64,000 nt of DNA from the human T2T-CHM13v2.0 reference genome, Homo sapiens. How positions within the stretch are numbered: the stretch's first letter is position 1; the number at the start of each line of letters is the position of its first letter. The stretch is from the NCBI RefSeq assembly GCF_009914755.1, contig NC_060943.1, one strand, 5' to 3'. The translations under genes and the position numbers were made by a program. This document shows positions 47,201 through 64,000 of this stretch, in pieces. The notes beneath the pieces were generated by a model, which had not been told where the DNA came from, made no database searches, and saw only the letters and a program-made list of their open reading frames with translations.

Positions 47201-50200
47201 GTTTTCTGAGAATGCCTCTGTCTGGTGTTTGTGAGAAGATATTTCCTTTTCCACCATATGCTGCAAAGCTATTCATATATCCCATTGCAGAAAGTACAAA
47301 AAGACTGTTTTCAACCTGCTCAATCAATAGAAAAGTTCAATCCTGTGAGTTGAATACAGAAATGCAAGGAAGTTTCTCTGAATGCTTCTGTCTAGTTTTT
47401 ATGTGAAGATATTTCCATTTCCACGATAGGACTCAAAGCGCTCCAAATATCCATTTGCAGATACCACAAAAAGACGGTTTCCAAACTGCTCAATCAAAAG
47501 AAATATTCAACTCTGTGAGATGAATGCACACATCACAAAGGAGTTTCTCAGAATGCTTCTGTCAAGTTTTTGTGTGAAGATATTTCCTTTTCAACCATAG
47601 GCGTTAAAAGTGTTCCAAATATCCACTTGGAGATACTACAAAAAGACTGTTTCCAAACTGCTCAATCAAAAGAAAAGTTCACATCTCTGAGTTGATTACA
47701 CACATCACAAAGAAGTTTCTCAGTGTGATTCTGTCTAGATTTTAAGTGAAGATATTTCCTTTTCCACCATAGGCCTGAAAGCACTCCAAATATCCACTTG
47801 CAGATTCTACAAAAAGAGTGTTTCCAAACTGTTCAATAAACAGAAGGGTTCAACTCTGTGAGATGAATTCACACAACACATAGAATTTTCTCAGAATGTT
47901 TCTGGCTAGTTTTTATGTGAAGATATTTCCATTTTCACTATAGGACTCAAAGTGCTCCAAATATCCATTTGCAGATACTACAAAAAGACAGTTTCCAAAC
48001 TGCTCAATCAAAAGAAATATTCAACTCTGTGAGATGAATGCACACATCACAAAGGAGTTTCTCTATATGCTTCTGTCTAGTTTTTATGTGAAGACATTTT
48101 CTTTTCCAATATAGGCTTCAAAGCGCTCTAAATATCCGCTTGCAGATTCTACAAAAAGAGTGTTTCCAAACTGTTTAATCAAAAGAAAGGTCCAACTCAG
48201 TGAGATGAATGAACACAACACAAAAACTTTGTCAGAATGCTTCTGTCTAGTTTTTACTTGAAGATATTTCCTTTTTCACCTTAGGCCTCAATGTGTTCCG
48301 AATCTCCTTCTGCACATACTAAAAAATACTGTTTCCAAACTTCTCAATGAAAAGAAAGGTTCAACTCTTTTAGATGAATGCACACATCACAGCGAAGTTT
48401 CTCAGAATGCTTCTGTCTTGTTTTTATGTGAAGATATTTCCTTTTCCACAATAGCCCACAAAGCACTCCGAATATGAACTTGCGGATTCTGCAAAAAAAG
48501 TGTTTCCAAACTTATGAATCAAAAGAAAGTTTCAACTCTGTGTAAGGAATGCACACAACACAAAGAAATTAGTCAGAAAATTTCTGCCAAGTTTTTATGT
48601 GAAGATATTACCTATTTCCCCAGAGGCCTCAATGGGCTCAAAAATATTCCTTCAGAGATTCTACAAAACAACTGTTTCCAAACTGCTCAATCAAAAAAAA
48701 AGTTTCAACCATGTGACATGAATGCTCTCATCGCAAGGAACTTTCTCAGAATGCTTCTGTCTAGTTTTCATGTGAAGATATTTTTTTTTCACCACAGGCA
48801 TCAAAGCGCTCCAAATATCAATTTGCAGACACTTCAAAAGTACTGTGTCCATACTGCTCAATCAAAAGGAAAGTTTAGCTCTGTGAGATGAATGAACACG
48901 TCACAAAGAAATTTCTCCAAATGCTTCCATCCAGTTTTTATGTAAAGATATTTTCTTTTCCACTATACCCCACAAAGCGCTATTAAAATACACCTGCAGT
49001 TTCTATCAAAAGGCTGTTTCCAAACTGCACAATCAAATGAATGGTTCAACTCTGTGAGATGGATTCACACATCACAAAGACATTTCTCAGAATGTTTCTG
49101 TCTAGTGTTTATATGAAGAAATTCCCTTTTCCACCATGGGCCTCAAAGCGCTCCAAATATCCACTTTCAGATTGTACAAAAAGAGTGTTTCAAAACTCCT
49201 CAATCAAAAGAAAGGTTCAACTCTGTGAGATGAATACACCCATCACAAAGAAGTTTCTTTGAATCCCTCTGTCTAGTTTTTATGTGAAGATATTTCCTTT
49301 TCCACTATGGGCCTCAAATCACACCAAATATCAATTTGCAGATACTACAAAAAGAGTGTTTACAAACTGCTCAATGAAAAGAAAGGTTTAACTGTGAAAT
49401 GAATGTGCACATTACAAAGAAGTTTCTCAGAATTCTTCTGTCTAGTTTTTATGTGAAGATATTTCCTTTTCCACTATAGGCCACAGAGCACTCTAAATAC
49501 CCACTTTCAGATTCTACAAAAAGAGTGTTTCAAAACTGCTCAATCAAAAGAAAGGCTAAATTCTGTGACATGAATGCACACATCACAAAGAGGTTTCTGA
49601 GAATGCTTCTGTCTAGTTTTTATGTGAAGATATTTCCTTTTCCACTATAGGCCTCAAAGCACTCCAAGTATCCACTTGCAGATACTACAAGAAGACTGTT
49701 TCCAAACTGCTCAATGAAAAGAATTTTTCAACTCTGTGAGATGAAAGCACACAACACACATAAGTTTCCCAAACGTTTCACTCTAGATTTTATCTGAAGA
49801 GATTTCCTATTTTCCCAGAGGCCTCAATGGGCTCACACATATCTCTTTCCAGAATCTACAAAATGACTCTCTCCAAAGTGCTCAATAAAAAGAAAGATTC
49901 ACCTCTGTGGGGTGAATGCACACATCACAAAGACGTTTCTCAGAATACTTCTGTCTAGTTTTTATGTGAAGATATTTCCTATTTCCTGAGAGGTCTCAAT
50001 GGGCTCACAAATATCCCATTGCAGATTCTACAAAACGACTGCTTTCAAAATGCTAAATCAAAAGAAAGTTTTAACTCTGTGAGTTGAATGCACTCATCAC
50101 AAAGAAGTTTCTCAGAATGCTTCTTTCTAGTTTTTATATGAAGATATTCCCTTTTCCACAAAAGGTCTCAATTGAGCTCCAAATATCCACTTGCAGATAC

Positions 50201-53200
50201 TACAAAAAGACTGTTTCCAAACTGCTCAATCAAAACAAATGTTCAACTCTGTGAGATGAATGCGCACATTACAAAGAAGTTTCTCAGAATGTTTCTGTCT
50301 AGTTTTTATGTGAAGATGTTTCCTTTTTCACCATAGGCCTCCAAGCGTTCCAATTATCCACTTGCAGATTCCACAAAAAGGGTGTTCCAAAACTGCTCAA
50401 TCAAAAGAAAGTTTCAACTCTGAGAGATGAATGAACACATCACAGAGAAATTTCTGAGAATGCTTCTGTCTAGTTTCTATGTGAAGATATTTATTTTTCC
50501 ACAATAGGCCTCAAAGCTCTCCAAATATCCACCTGCAGATTCTAGAAAAAGAGTGTTTCACAACTGCTCAATCAATAGAAAGTTTCAACTCTGTGAGATG
50601 CATGCACACATCACAAAAGTTTCTCAGAATGCTTCTCTCTAGTTTTTATGTGAAGGTATTTCCTTTTCCATCATAGTCCTCAATGTGCTCCAAACATCCA
50701 CTAGCAGATTCTACAAAAAGAATGTTTCCAAACTTTTCAATCAAAAGACAGGTTCAACTCTGTGAGATGAATGTGCACATCACAAGCAAGGTTCTCAGAA
50801 TGCTTCTGTCTCGTTTTTATGTGAAGATATTTTCTTTTCCTCAGTAGGCCACAAAGTGCTCCAAAAATACACTAGAAGATTCCAGAGAAAGAGTGTTTCA
50901 AAACTGCTCAATGAAACGAAATGTTCAACTCTGTGAGATGAATGCACACATCACCAAGAAGTTTCTCAGAAAGTTTCTGTCTAGTTTTTATGTGAAGAAG
51001 TTTCCTATTTCCCCATAGGCTTCAAAGGACTCACAAATTTCCCTTTGCAGTTTATAGAAAACGAATGTTTCCACACTGGTCAATAAAAAGAAATGTGCAA
51101 CTCTGTCAGATGAATGCACCCATCACAGAGAAGTTTCTCAGAATTCTTCTGTCTAGTTTTTATGTGAAGATATTTCATTTTTCACCAGAGTTCTCAAAGA
51201 GCTCCAAATATCCATTTGCAGATTCTACAAAAGGTCTGTTTCCAAACTACCCAATCAAAGGAAAGTTTCAACTCTGTGAGATGAAAGCACACATCAGAAA
51301 GAAGTTTCCAGAAAGTTTCTGTCTAGTTTTCGTGTGACGATATTTCCTATTTCTCCATAGGCCTCAATGGTCTCACAAATATCCCTTTGGAGATTCTACA
51401 AAACCACTGTTTCCAAACTGCTCAATCAAAAGAAATGTTCAACTCTGTGAAATGAATGCACACATCACAAATAAGTTGCAGAGAATGTTTCTATCTAGTT
51501 TTTATGTGAATATATTTCCTTTTCCACCATAGGCTTCTAGGTGCCCCAAATATCCACTTGCAGATTCTACAAAAAGAGTGTTTCAAAACTGCTCAATCAA
51601 AAGAAAGGTTCAACTGTGTGAGCTGAATGCACATATCACAAAGAAGTTTCTGAGAATGCTTCTGTCTAGTTTGTATGTGAAGATATTTCCTTTTCCATCT
51701 TAGGCCTCAAAGTGCTCCAAATATACATTTTCAGATTCTACACAAAGAGTGTTTCAAAACTGCTCAATCAAAGAAACATTCAACTCTGTGAGATGAAAGC
51801 AGACATCACAAACAAGTTTCTCAGAATGCTTCTGTCTACTTTTTATGTGAAGATATTTCCATTTCACCATAGGCCTCAAAGCGCTCCAAATATCCACTGG
51901 CATATTCTACAAAAAGATTGTTTCAAAACTGCTCATTCAAAGAAAGGTTCAACTCTGTCAGATGAATGCAAACATCACAAAGAAGTTTCTCGGAATGTTT
52001 CTTTCTAGTTTTTATGTGAAGATGTTTCCTATTTCCCCATAGGCCACAATGGGCTCACAAATATCCATTTGCAGATTCTACAAAATGCAGTTTTCCAAAC
52101 TGTTCAATCAAAAGAAATGTTCCCATCTGTGAGATGAACGCATACATCACAAGTAAGTTTCTCAGAATGCTTGTGTCTAGTTTTTATGTGAAGATATTTC
52201 CATTTGCACCATAGGCCTCAAAGTGCACCAAATATCCATTTGCAGATACTACAAAAAGACCGTTTTATAACTGCTCAATCCAAAGAGAGGTTCAACTCTG
52301 TGAGATGAATGCACACATCACAAAGAAGTTTCTCAGAATGCTTCTGTCTAATATTTATGTGAAGGTATTTCCTTTATCACCATAAGCCCCAAGGCCCTCC
52401 ACATATCCCTTTGCAGATCCTACAAAAAGACTGATTCCAAGCTGCTCAATCAAAAGAAAGTTTCAACTCTGTGACATGAAAGCAAACAGCACAAAGGGTT
52501 TTCTCAGAAAGCTTCTGTCTGGTTTTCATGTGAAGATATTTCCAATTTCTCCACAGGCCTCTAAGCGCTCCAAATATGCACTTGCACATTCTGCAAAAAG
52601 AGTGTTTCAAAACTGCTCAATCAAAAGAAAGTTTCAACTCTGTGAGGTGAATGCACACATCACAAAGAAGTTTCTCAGAAGGTTTCTGTCTACTTTTTAT
52701 GTGAAGATGTTTCTTATTTCCCCTTAGGCCACAATTGGATCACAAATATCCCTCGGCAGATATTATAAAAGGAAGGTTTCCAAACTGCTCAATCAAAAGA
52801 AATGTTCCCATCTGTGAGATGAACCCATACATCACAAATAAGTTTCTCAGAATGCTTGTGTCTAGTTTTACTGTGAAGATATTTCCATTTGCACCATAGG
52901 CCTCAAAGCACTCCAAATATCCATTTGCAGATACTACAAAAAGGCTGTTTTCCAACTGCTCAATAAAAAGAGAGGTTCAACTCTGTGAGATGAGTTCACA
53001 CATCACAAAGAAGTTTCTCAAAGTGCTACTGTCTAGCTTTTATATGAAGATATTTCCTTTTTTCACCATAGGCCCCAAAGTGCTCCAAATATCCATTTGC
53101 AGATTCTACAAAAATACTGCTTCCAAACTGCTCAATCAAAAGAAATCTTCAACTCTGTGAGATTAATGCAAACAACACAAAGAAGTTTCTCAGAATGCTT

Positions 53201-54155
53201 CTGTCTAGTTTCTATGTGAAGCTATATCCTTTTCCACCATAGGGCCCAAAGTGTTCCAAATATCCAATTGTAGATTCTACAAAGAGAATGTTTCAAAACT
53301 GCTCAATCAAAAGAAAGTTTCAACTCTGGGAGATGAATTCATACATCACAAAGAAGTTTCTCAGGATGCTTCTGTCCATTTTTTAGATGAAGATATTTCC
53401 TTTTTCACCATAGGGCTCAAAGTGCTACAAATATCCATTTGCAGATACTTAAAAAGACTGTTTCCAAACTGCTCAATCTAAAGAAAGGTTGAACTCTGTT
53501 AGATGAAAGCACACATCACATAGAAGCTTCTCAGGAACTTTCTGTCTAGTTTTTATGTGAAGATATTTCCAATTTCCCCATAGGCTTCAATGGGCTCCCA
53601 ATAATCCTTTTGCAGATTCTACAAAACGACTGTTTCCCAACTGCTGAATCAAAAGAAAGGTTCAACTCTGTGAGATGAATGCACACATCACAAAGAAGTC
53701 TCTCAGAATGATTTTCTCTAGTTTTTATGTGAATATACTTCCTTTTTCACCATAGGACTCAAAGTGCTCCAAATATCCATTCGTAGTATCTACAAAAAGT
53801 CTGTTTCCAAACTGCACTAACAAAACAAAGTTTCAATTCTGTGAGATGAAAACACACATCACAAAGTAGTTTCTCAGAATGCTTCTGTCTAGTTTTCATG
53901 TGGAGATATTTCCTACTACCCCATAGGCCTCAATAGGCTCACAAATATCCCTTTACAGACTCTACAAAACGACTGTTTAAAAGCTGCTCAATCAAAAAAA
54001 ATGTTCAACTCTGTGAGATGAATGCACACATCACAAATAAGTTTCTCAGGATGGTTCTCTCTACTTTTTGTGTGAAGATATTTCCTTTTCCAACATAGGC
54101 CTCAAAGCACTCCAAAGATCTTCTTGCAGATTTTTCAATAAGAGTGTTTCAAAAC
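29281..54155 (-). repeat. Monomeric alpha satellite, block 3a (several layers)
   Basis: Same orientation as block 1. 29.3-31.8 kb resembles block 1. ~31.8-48.5 kb is dominated by TTTTCCACCATAGG/TTTTCAGCTATAGG and ATATCCACTTGCAG monomers. From ~48.6 kb, CCTCAATGGGCTCACAAATATCCC monomers recur. Confidence 0.98.
32543..32559 (-). other. Degenerate CENP-B box (16/17 match)
   Basis: Reverse complement reads CTTTGTTGGAAACGGGA versus canonical CTTCGTTGGAAACGGGA. The single change is CpG>TpG in the essential TTCG core. Confidence 0.85.
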
Positions 54156-55770
<1,615 letters not shown>

Positions 55771-57912
55771 ATTGCTAAATCAAAAGAAAGGTTCAACTCT
55801 GTGAGATGAATTCACACATCACAAAGAAGTTTCTCAGAATGCTTCTGTCTAGTTTTTGTGTGAAGATGTTTCCTTTTTCACCATAGGCCTCAAAGCACTC
55901 CAAATATCCATCAGCAGATACTACAAAAAGACTGTTTCCAAACTGCTGAATCAAAAGAAAGGTTCAACTACGTGAGATGAATGCACACATCACAAAGAAG
56001 TTTCTCAGAATGCTTCCGTCTAGTTTTTATGTGAAGATAATTCCTTTTTCACCATAGGGTTCAAAACGCTCCAAATACCCACTGGCAGATTCTACAAAAG
56101 AGTGTTTCCAAACTGCTCAATCAAAAGAAAGGTTCAATTCTGTGAGATGAATGCACACATCACAAAGAAGTTTCTCAGAATGCTTCTGCCTAGTTTTTAT
56201 ATGATGATATTTCCTTCTTCACCATATGCCGCAACATGCTCAAAATATCCATTTGCAGATTCTACAAAAAGACTGTTTCCATACTGCTCAATCAGAAGAA
56301 AGTTTCAACTCTATAAGATGAAAGCATGCATCACAAAGAAGTTTCTCAGAATGGTTCTCTCTAGTTTTTATGTGAAGATATTTCCTATTTCCCCTTAGGC
56401 CTCAATGGGCTCAAAAATATCCCTTTGCAGATTCTACAAAACAGCTGTTTCCAAACTGCTCAATCAAAAGAAAGGTTCAACTCTGTGAGATGAATGCACA
56501 CATCACAAACGAGTTTCTAGGTATGTTTCTGTCTAGTTTTTATGTGAAGATATTTCCTTTTTCACCATAGGCCTCAAAGCGATCCAAATATCCATTTGCA
56601 GATTCTATAAAAAGACCTTTTACAAACTGCTCAATCAAAAGAAAATTTCAACTCTGTGACATGAAAGCACACATCATGAAGAAGTTTCTCAGAAAGATTT
56701 TGTCTGGTTTTTATGTGAAGATGTTTCCATTTCCCCATAGTCCTCAAAGGGCTCACAAATATCCCTTTGCAGATTCTACAAAACAGCTGTTTCCAAACTG
56801 CTCAATCAAAAGAAAGGTTCAACTCTGTGAGATGAATGCACACATCACAAACGAGTTTCTAGGTATGTTTCTGTCTAGTTTTTATGTGAAGATATTTCCT
56901 TTTTCACCATAGGCCTCAAAGCGATCCAAATATCCATTTGCAGATTCTATAAAAAGACCTTTTACAAACTGCTCAATCAAAAGAAAATTTCAACTCTGTG
57001 ACATGAAAGCACACATCATGAAGAAGTTTCTCAGAAAGATTTTGTCTGGTTTTTATGTGAAGATGTTTCCATTTCCCCATAGTCCTCAAAGGGCTCACAA
57101 ATATCCCTTTGCAGATTCTACAAAACAGCTGTTTCCAAACTGCTCAATCAAAAGAAAGGTTCATCTCTGTGAGATGAATGCACACATCACAAATGAGTTT
57201 CTAGGTATGTTTCTGTCTAGTTTTTATGTGAAGATATTTCCTTTTTCACCATAGGCCTCAAAGCGATCCAAATATCCATTTGCAGATTCTATAAAAAGAC
57301 CTTTTACAAACTGCTCAATCAAAAGAAAATTTCAACTCTGTGACATGAAAGCACACATCATGAAGAAGTTTCTCAGAAAGATTTTGTCTGGTTTTTATGT
57401 GAAGATGTTTCCATTTCCCCATAGTCCTCAAAGGGCTCACAAATATCCCTTTGCAGATTCTACAAAACGACTGTTTCAAAACTGCTCAATCAAAAGAAAT
57501 GTTCAACTCTCTGAGATGAATGCACACATCACAAAGCAATTTCTCAGAATGCTTCTGTCTATTTTGTATGTGAAGATATTTCCTTTTCCACCATAGGCCT
57601 CAAAGCACTCCAAATATCTGCTTGCAGATACTACAAAAAGAGTGTTTCCAAACTGTTCAATCAAAAGAAAGGTTCAACTCTGTGAGATGAATGCACACAT
57701 CCAAAGAACTTTCTCAGAGTGTTTCTGTCTAGTATTTATTTTAAGATATGGCCTTTTTCACCATAGGCCACAGAGTGCTCTAAATATCCATTTGCAGATC
57801 CTACAAAAAGACTGTTTCCAAAGTGCTCAATCAAAAGAAAATTTCCACTTGGTGAGATGAAAGCCCGTATCACAAAGTAGTTTTTCAGAAAGTTTCTGTC
57901 TAGTTTTTATGT
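55771..57912 (-). repeat. Alpha satellite block 3b
   Basis: Continues the monomer interrupted by L1 #3 (..TGCTAAATCAAAAGAAAGG) and ends at CTAGTTTTTATGT, where the strand switches. Confidence 0.96.
56410..57468 (-). repeat. Near-perfect tandem triplication of a 342-bp alpha satellite dimer
   Basis: ORFs at 56661, 57003 and 57345 (offset 342) are nearly identical. The marker CACAAACGAGTTTCTAGGTATG recurs, and only a few substitutions are seen between copies. Confidence 0.95.
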
Positions 57913-60900
57913 AGAATCTGCAGAGGGATATTTGTGAGTGGTTTGAGGCCTGTGGTGAAAAAGGACATATCCTCACATAAAAACTAGACAGAAGCATTTT
58001 GAGAAACTTTTTCATGGTGTGTGCATTCATCTAACCGAGTTGAACCTTTCTTTTGATTGAGCAGATTGGAAAGTCTTTTTGTAGAATCTGCAGAGCTACA
58101 TATGTGAGTCATTTGAGGCCTATGGTGAAAAAGGAAATAATTTCACACAAAAACTACACAGAATCTTTCTGAGAAACTTATTTTTGATGTGTGCTTTCAT
58201 CTCACAGAGTTGAACCTCTTTTTTGACTGAGCAGTTTGGAAACAGTGTTTTTGCAGAATCTGCAAATGGATATATGGTGTGCTTTGAGGCCCATGGTGGA
58301 AAAGGAAATATCTTCAAATAAAAAATAGACAGAAAGTTTCTGAGAATCTCCTTTGTGATCTGTGCTTTCACATCACTGAGTTGAAACATTCTTTTCATGG
58401 AGGAGTTTTGAAACAGTCTTTTTGAAGAATCTGCAAAGGGATATTTGTGACCAGTTTGAGGCCTATGGTGAAAAAGGAAATATCTTCACACAAAAACTAG
58501 GCAGAAGTTTTTGAGAAACTTCTTTGTGATGCTTGCATTGACCTCACAGAGTTGAACCTTTCTTTTCATTGAGCAGTTTGGAAACAGTCTTTTTGAAGAA
58601 TGTGCAGAGGGATACTTGTTTAGCCGTTTTAGGCCTATGGTGAAAAAGGAAATATCTTCCCAGAAAAACTAGACAAAAGATTTTTGAGAAACTTCTTTGT
58701 GACTTGTGCATTCATCTCACAGATTTGAAGCTTTCTGTTGATTGAGCAGTTTGGAAAGAGTCTTTTTGTAGAATCTGTAAAGGGATATTTTTGAGACCAT
58801 TGAGGCCTATGGTGAAATAGGAAACATCTTTACATAAAAACAAGACAGAAGCTTTCTGAGAAACTTCTTTTTGTTGGGTGCTTTCATCTCACAGAGTTGA
58901 ACCTTTCTTTTTATTGAGCAGTTTGGATATAGTCTTTTTATAGAATCTGAAAATGGATATTTGGAGTGCTTTGAGGCCTATGGTGAAAAAGGAAATGTCT
59001 TCACATAAAAACTAGAGAGAAACATTCTGAGAAACTTCTTTGTGATGTGTGCTTACATTTCACAGATTTGAACCTTTCTTTTCATTGAGCAGTTTGGAAA
59101 TAATCTTTTTGTAGAATCTGCAAATGGATATTTGTGAGCGGTTTGAGGCATACCGTGAAAGAGGAAATATCTTCACATAAAAACTGGAGAGTAGCTTTTG
59201 AGAAACTTCTGAGTGATGTTTGTATTCATCTCACAGAATTGAACTTGTCTTTTCATAGAGCAGTTTGGAAACAGTCTTTCTGTACAATCTGCAAAGGGAT
59301 GTTTCTGAGAGTTTTGAAGCCTATGGTGAAAAAGAACTATTTTCATGTAAAAATTAGACCGAAGATTTCAGAGAAATTTCATTTTGATGTGTGCTTTCAT
59401 CTCACAGAGTTCAGCATTTCTTTTGATTGAGCTGTTTGGAAAGTCTTTTTGTAGAATCTGCAAATGGATATTTGGTGTGCTTTGACGCCTATGGTGAAAA
59501 AGGAAATATCTTCACATAAAAACTAGACAGAAGATCTCTGAGTAACTTATTTGTAATGTGTCCATTCATCTCACAGACTTGAAACTTTCTTTTGATTGAG
59601 CAGTTTAGAAACCGTCTTTTTGTAGATTATGCAGCAGAATAGTTGTGAGAGGATTGATGCCTATTGTGTAAAAGGAAATATCTTCACATAAAAACTAGAA
59701 AGAAACTTTCTGAGAAACTTCTTTGTGATGTGTGCATTCATCTCAGAGGGTTGAGCGTTTCTTTTGATTGAGCACTTTGGAAACAGTCTGTTTCTACAAT
59801 CTGCAAAGGGATATTTCTGAGTGGTTTGAGGCCTATGGTGAAAAAGAAGTATCCTCATATAAAAACTAGATAGCAGCATTCTCAGAAACTACTATGTGAT
59901 GTGTGCATTCATCTCACAGTGTTGAAAATTTATTTTGATTGAGCAGTTTGCAAACAGCTTTTTTGTGGACTCTGCAAAGGGATATTTGTTAGCCCATTGA
60001 GGACTATGGTGAAATAGGAAATATCTTCACCTAAAAACTAGACAGAATCTTTTTAAGAAACTTCCTTGTGATGAGTGCTTTCATCTCATCGAATTGAACA
60101 TTTTTTTCATTGAGCAGTTTGGAAACAGTCTTTTTGTAGTATCTGCAAAGGGATATTTGTGAGTGGTTGAGGCCTATGGTGAAAAAGGAAATATCTTCAC
60201 GTAAAAACTAGATAGAAGCTTTTTGAGAAACTTCTTTGTGATGTTTGCATTCATCTCACAGAATTGAACCTGTCTTTTCATAGAGCAGTTTGGAAACACT
60301 CTTTTTGTACAATCTCAAATGGATGTTTCTGCACGTCTTGAGGCCTATGGTGAAAAAGAAATATCTTCACAAAAACTAGACAGAAACTTTCAGAGAAACT
60401 TCACTGTGATGTGTGCTTTATTATCACACAGACGAACCTTTCTTTTGATTGAGCAGTTTGGAAACAGTCTTTTTGAAGTTTATGCAGAGAGATATTTGTG
60501 AGCAGTTTGATGTCTATGGTGTAAAAGGAAATATCTTCACATAAAAATTAGACAGAAGTTTTCTGATAAACTTCTTTGTGATGTGTGCATTCATATCACA
60601 GAGGTGAACCTTTGTTTTGATTGAGCAGTTTGGAAACAATCTTTTTCTACACTCTGCAAAGGGATATTTCTGAGCAATTTGAGGCCTATGGTGAAAAAGA
60701 AGTATTATCACATAAAAACTAGAAAGAAGCATTCTGAGAAACTTTTTTGTGATGTGTGCATTCATCGAACAGAGTTGAAAATTTCTTTTGATTGAGCAGT
60801 TTTGAAACGGTGTTTTTGTGGAATCTGCAAAGGGATATTTGTTAGCCCATTCAGGCCTACAGTGAAATAGGAAATATTTTCACATAAAAACTTGACAGAA

Positions 60901-62327
60901 AATTTCTGAGAAACTTCCTTGTAATGTGTGATGTCATCTAACATAGTTAAACCTTTCTTTTGATTGATCACTTTGGAAACAGTCTTTTTGTAGAATCTGC
61001 AAATGGATATTTGGAGTGCTTTGAGGCCTATAGTGAAAACGGAAGCATATTCACATAAAAACTAGACAGAAGCTTTGTGAGAAAATTTTCTGTGATGGGT
61101 GCATTCACCTCACAGAGTTGAACGTTTGTTTTGAATGAGCAGTTTGGAAACAGTCTGTTTGTAGAATCGGCAAATTGATATTTTTGAGCCATTTGAGGTA
61201 TATGGTGAAAAAGGAAACAACTTCACATAAAAACTAGACAGAAGTTTTCTGAGAAACTTCTTTGTGATGTGTGCATTAATCTCACCATGTTCAACCTTTC
61301 TTTTGAGTGAGCAGTTTGGAAACAATCTTTTTATAGACTCTGCAAAGGTATATTTGTGAGCCCATTGAGGCCTATGGTGTAACAGGAAATATCTTCACAT
61401 AAAAACTAGAGAGAAGCATTCTGAGAAACCACTTTGTGATGTGTCCTTTCATCACACAGAGTTGAACCTTTCCGTTGATTGAGCAGTTTGGAAACAGTCT
61501 TTTTGTAGAATCTGCAAATGGATATTTGGAGAACTTTGAGGTCTACGGTGAAAAGGGAAACATCTTCACAAAAAAACTAGACAGAAACTTTCTGAGAAAC
61601 TTCTTTGTGATGTGTGCTTTCATCTCACAGGGTTGAAACATTCATTTCATTGAGCAGTTTGGAAAGTCTTTTTGTAGAATCTGCAAAGGGATAGTTTTGA
61701 GCTCAATGAGGCCTATGGTGAAACAGGAAATACCTTCACATAAAAACAAGACAGAAGCTTTCTGAGACACTTCTTTGTGATGTGTGCTTTTATCTCACAG
61801 ATTTCAAACTTTATTTTGATTGAGAAGTTTGGAAACAGTATTTTTGTAGAACCTGCAAGTGAATATTTGGAGCACTTCGAGGCCTATAGTGAAAAAGGAA
61901 ATATCTTCACATAAAAACCAGACAGAACATTTGTGAGAAAGTTCTTTGTGGTAGGTGCATTCATATCACGAAGTTGAACGTTTCCTTTGATTGAGCACTT
62001 TGGATATAGTCTGTTTGTAGAGTCTACAAAGGGATGTTTGTGAATATTTTAAGGCCTGTGGTGAAAAAGTAAATATCTTCACATATAAACTAGACAGAAG
62101 AATTCTGAGAAACTTCTTTGTGATGTGTGCATTCATCTCACAGAGTTGAACCTTTCTTTTGATTCAGCAGTTTAGAAAGAGTTTTTTTGTAGAATCTGGA
62201 AATGGATATTTGGTTCACTTTGAGGCCTATGGTTAAAAAGGAAATATCTTCACATAAAAACTACACACAAACTTTCTGAGAAACTTCTTTGTGATGTGTG
62301 CTTCATCTCACTGGGTTGAGCCTGTCA
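57910..62327 (+). repeat. Monomeric alpha satellite, block 4
   Basis: From TGTAGAATCTGCAGAGGGATATTTG onward the array reads in conventional orientation. It contains ACAATCTGCAAAGGGATATTTCTGAG monomers, the inverse of a block-1 marker. Confidence 0.97.

Positions 62328-64000
<1,673 letters not shown>

Overview
This window is primate (human/great-ape type) pericentromeric DNA with no genuine protein-coding gene. About 88% is divergent, monomeric 171-bp alpha satellite, almost all A-box type with no intact CENP-B box seen. The satellite forms four blocks of alternating orientation, with strand switches at ~7.4-9.3 kb, ~29.27 kb and ~57.91 kb. It is interrupted by four 5'-truncated L1PA3/L1PA2-like LINE-1 copies (the last has a 5' inversion running off the window end) and one incomplete LTR12 (ERV9) LTR. 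The satellite-derived ORFs are artefacts. The most interesting signals are structural: (i) all three strand switches and several small lesions involve the same short segment of the monomer (TAGTTTTTATGTGAA), often with double fold-back templated filler; (ii) a ~21.8-kb inverted block is capped by a truncated L1 and an incomplete LTR; (iii) the L1 copies share non-consensus variants, suggesting conversion; (iv) there is one decayed CENP-B box, plus nascent and fossil higher-order repeats. All comparisons were made by eye and consensus sequences are recalled from memory, so alignments are needed. Satellite strand is given relative to the conventional CATTCTCAGAAACTTCTTTGTG reading.
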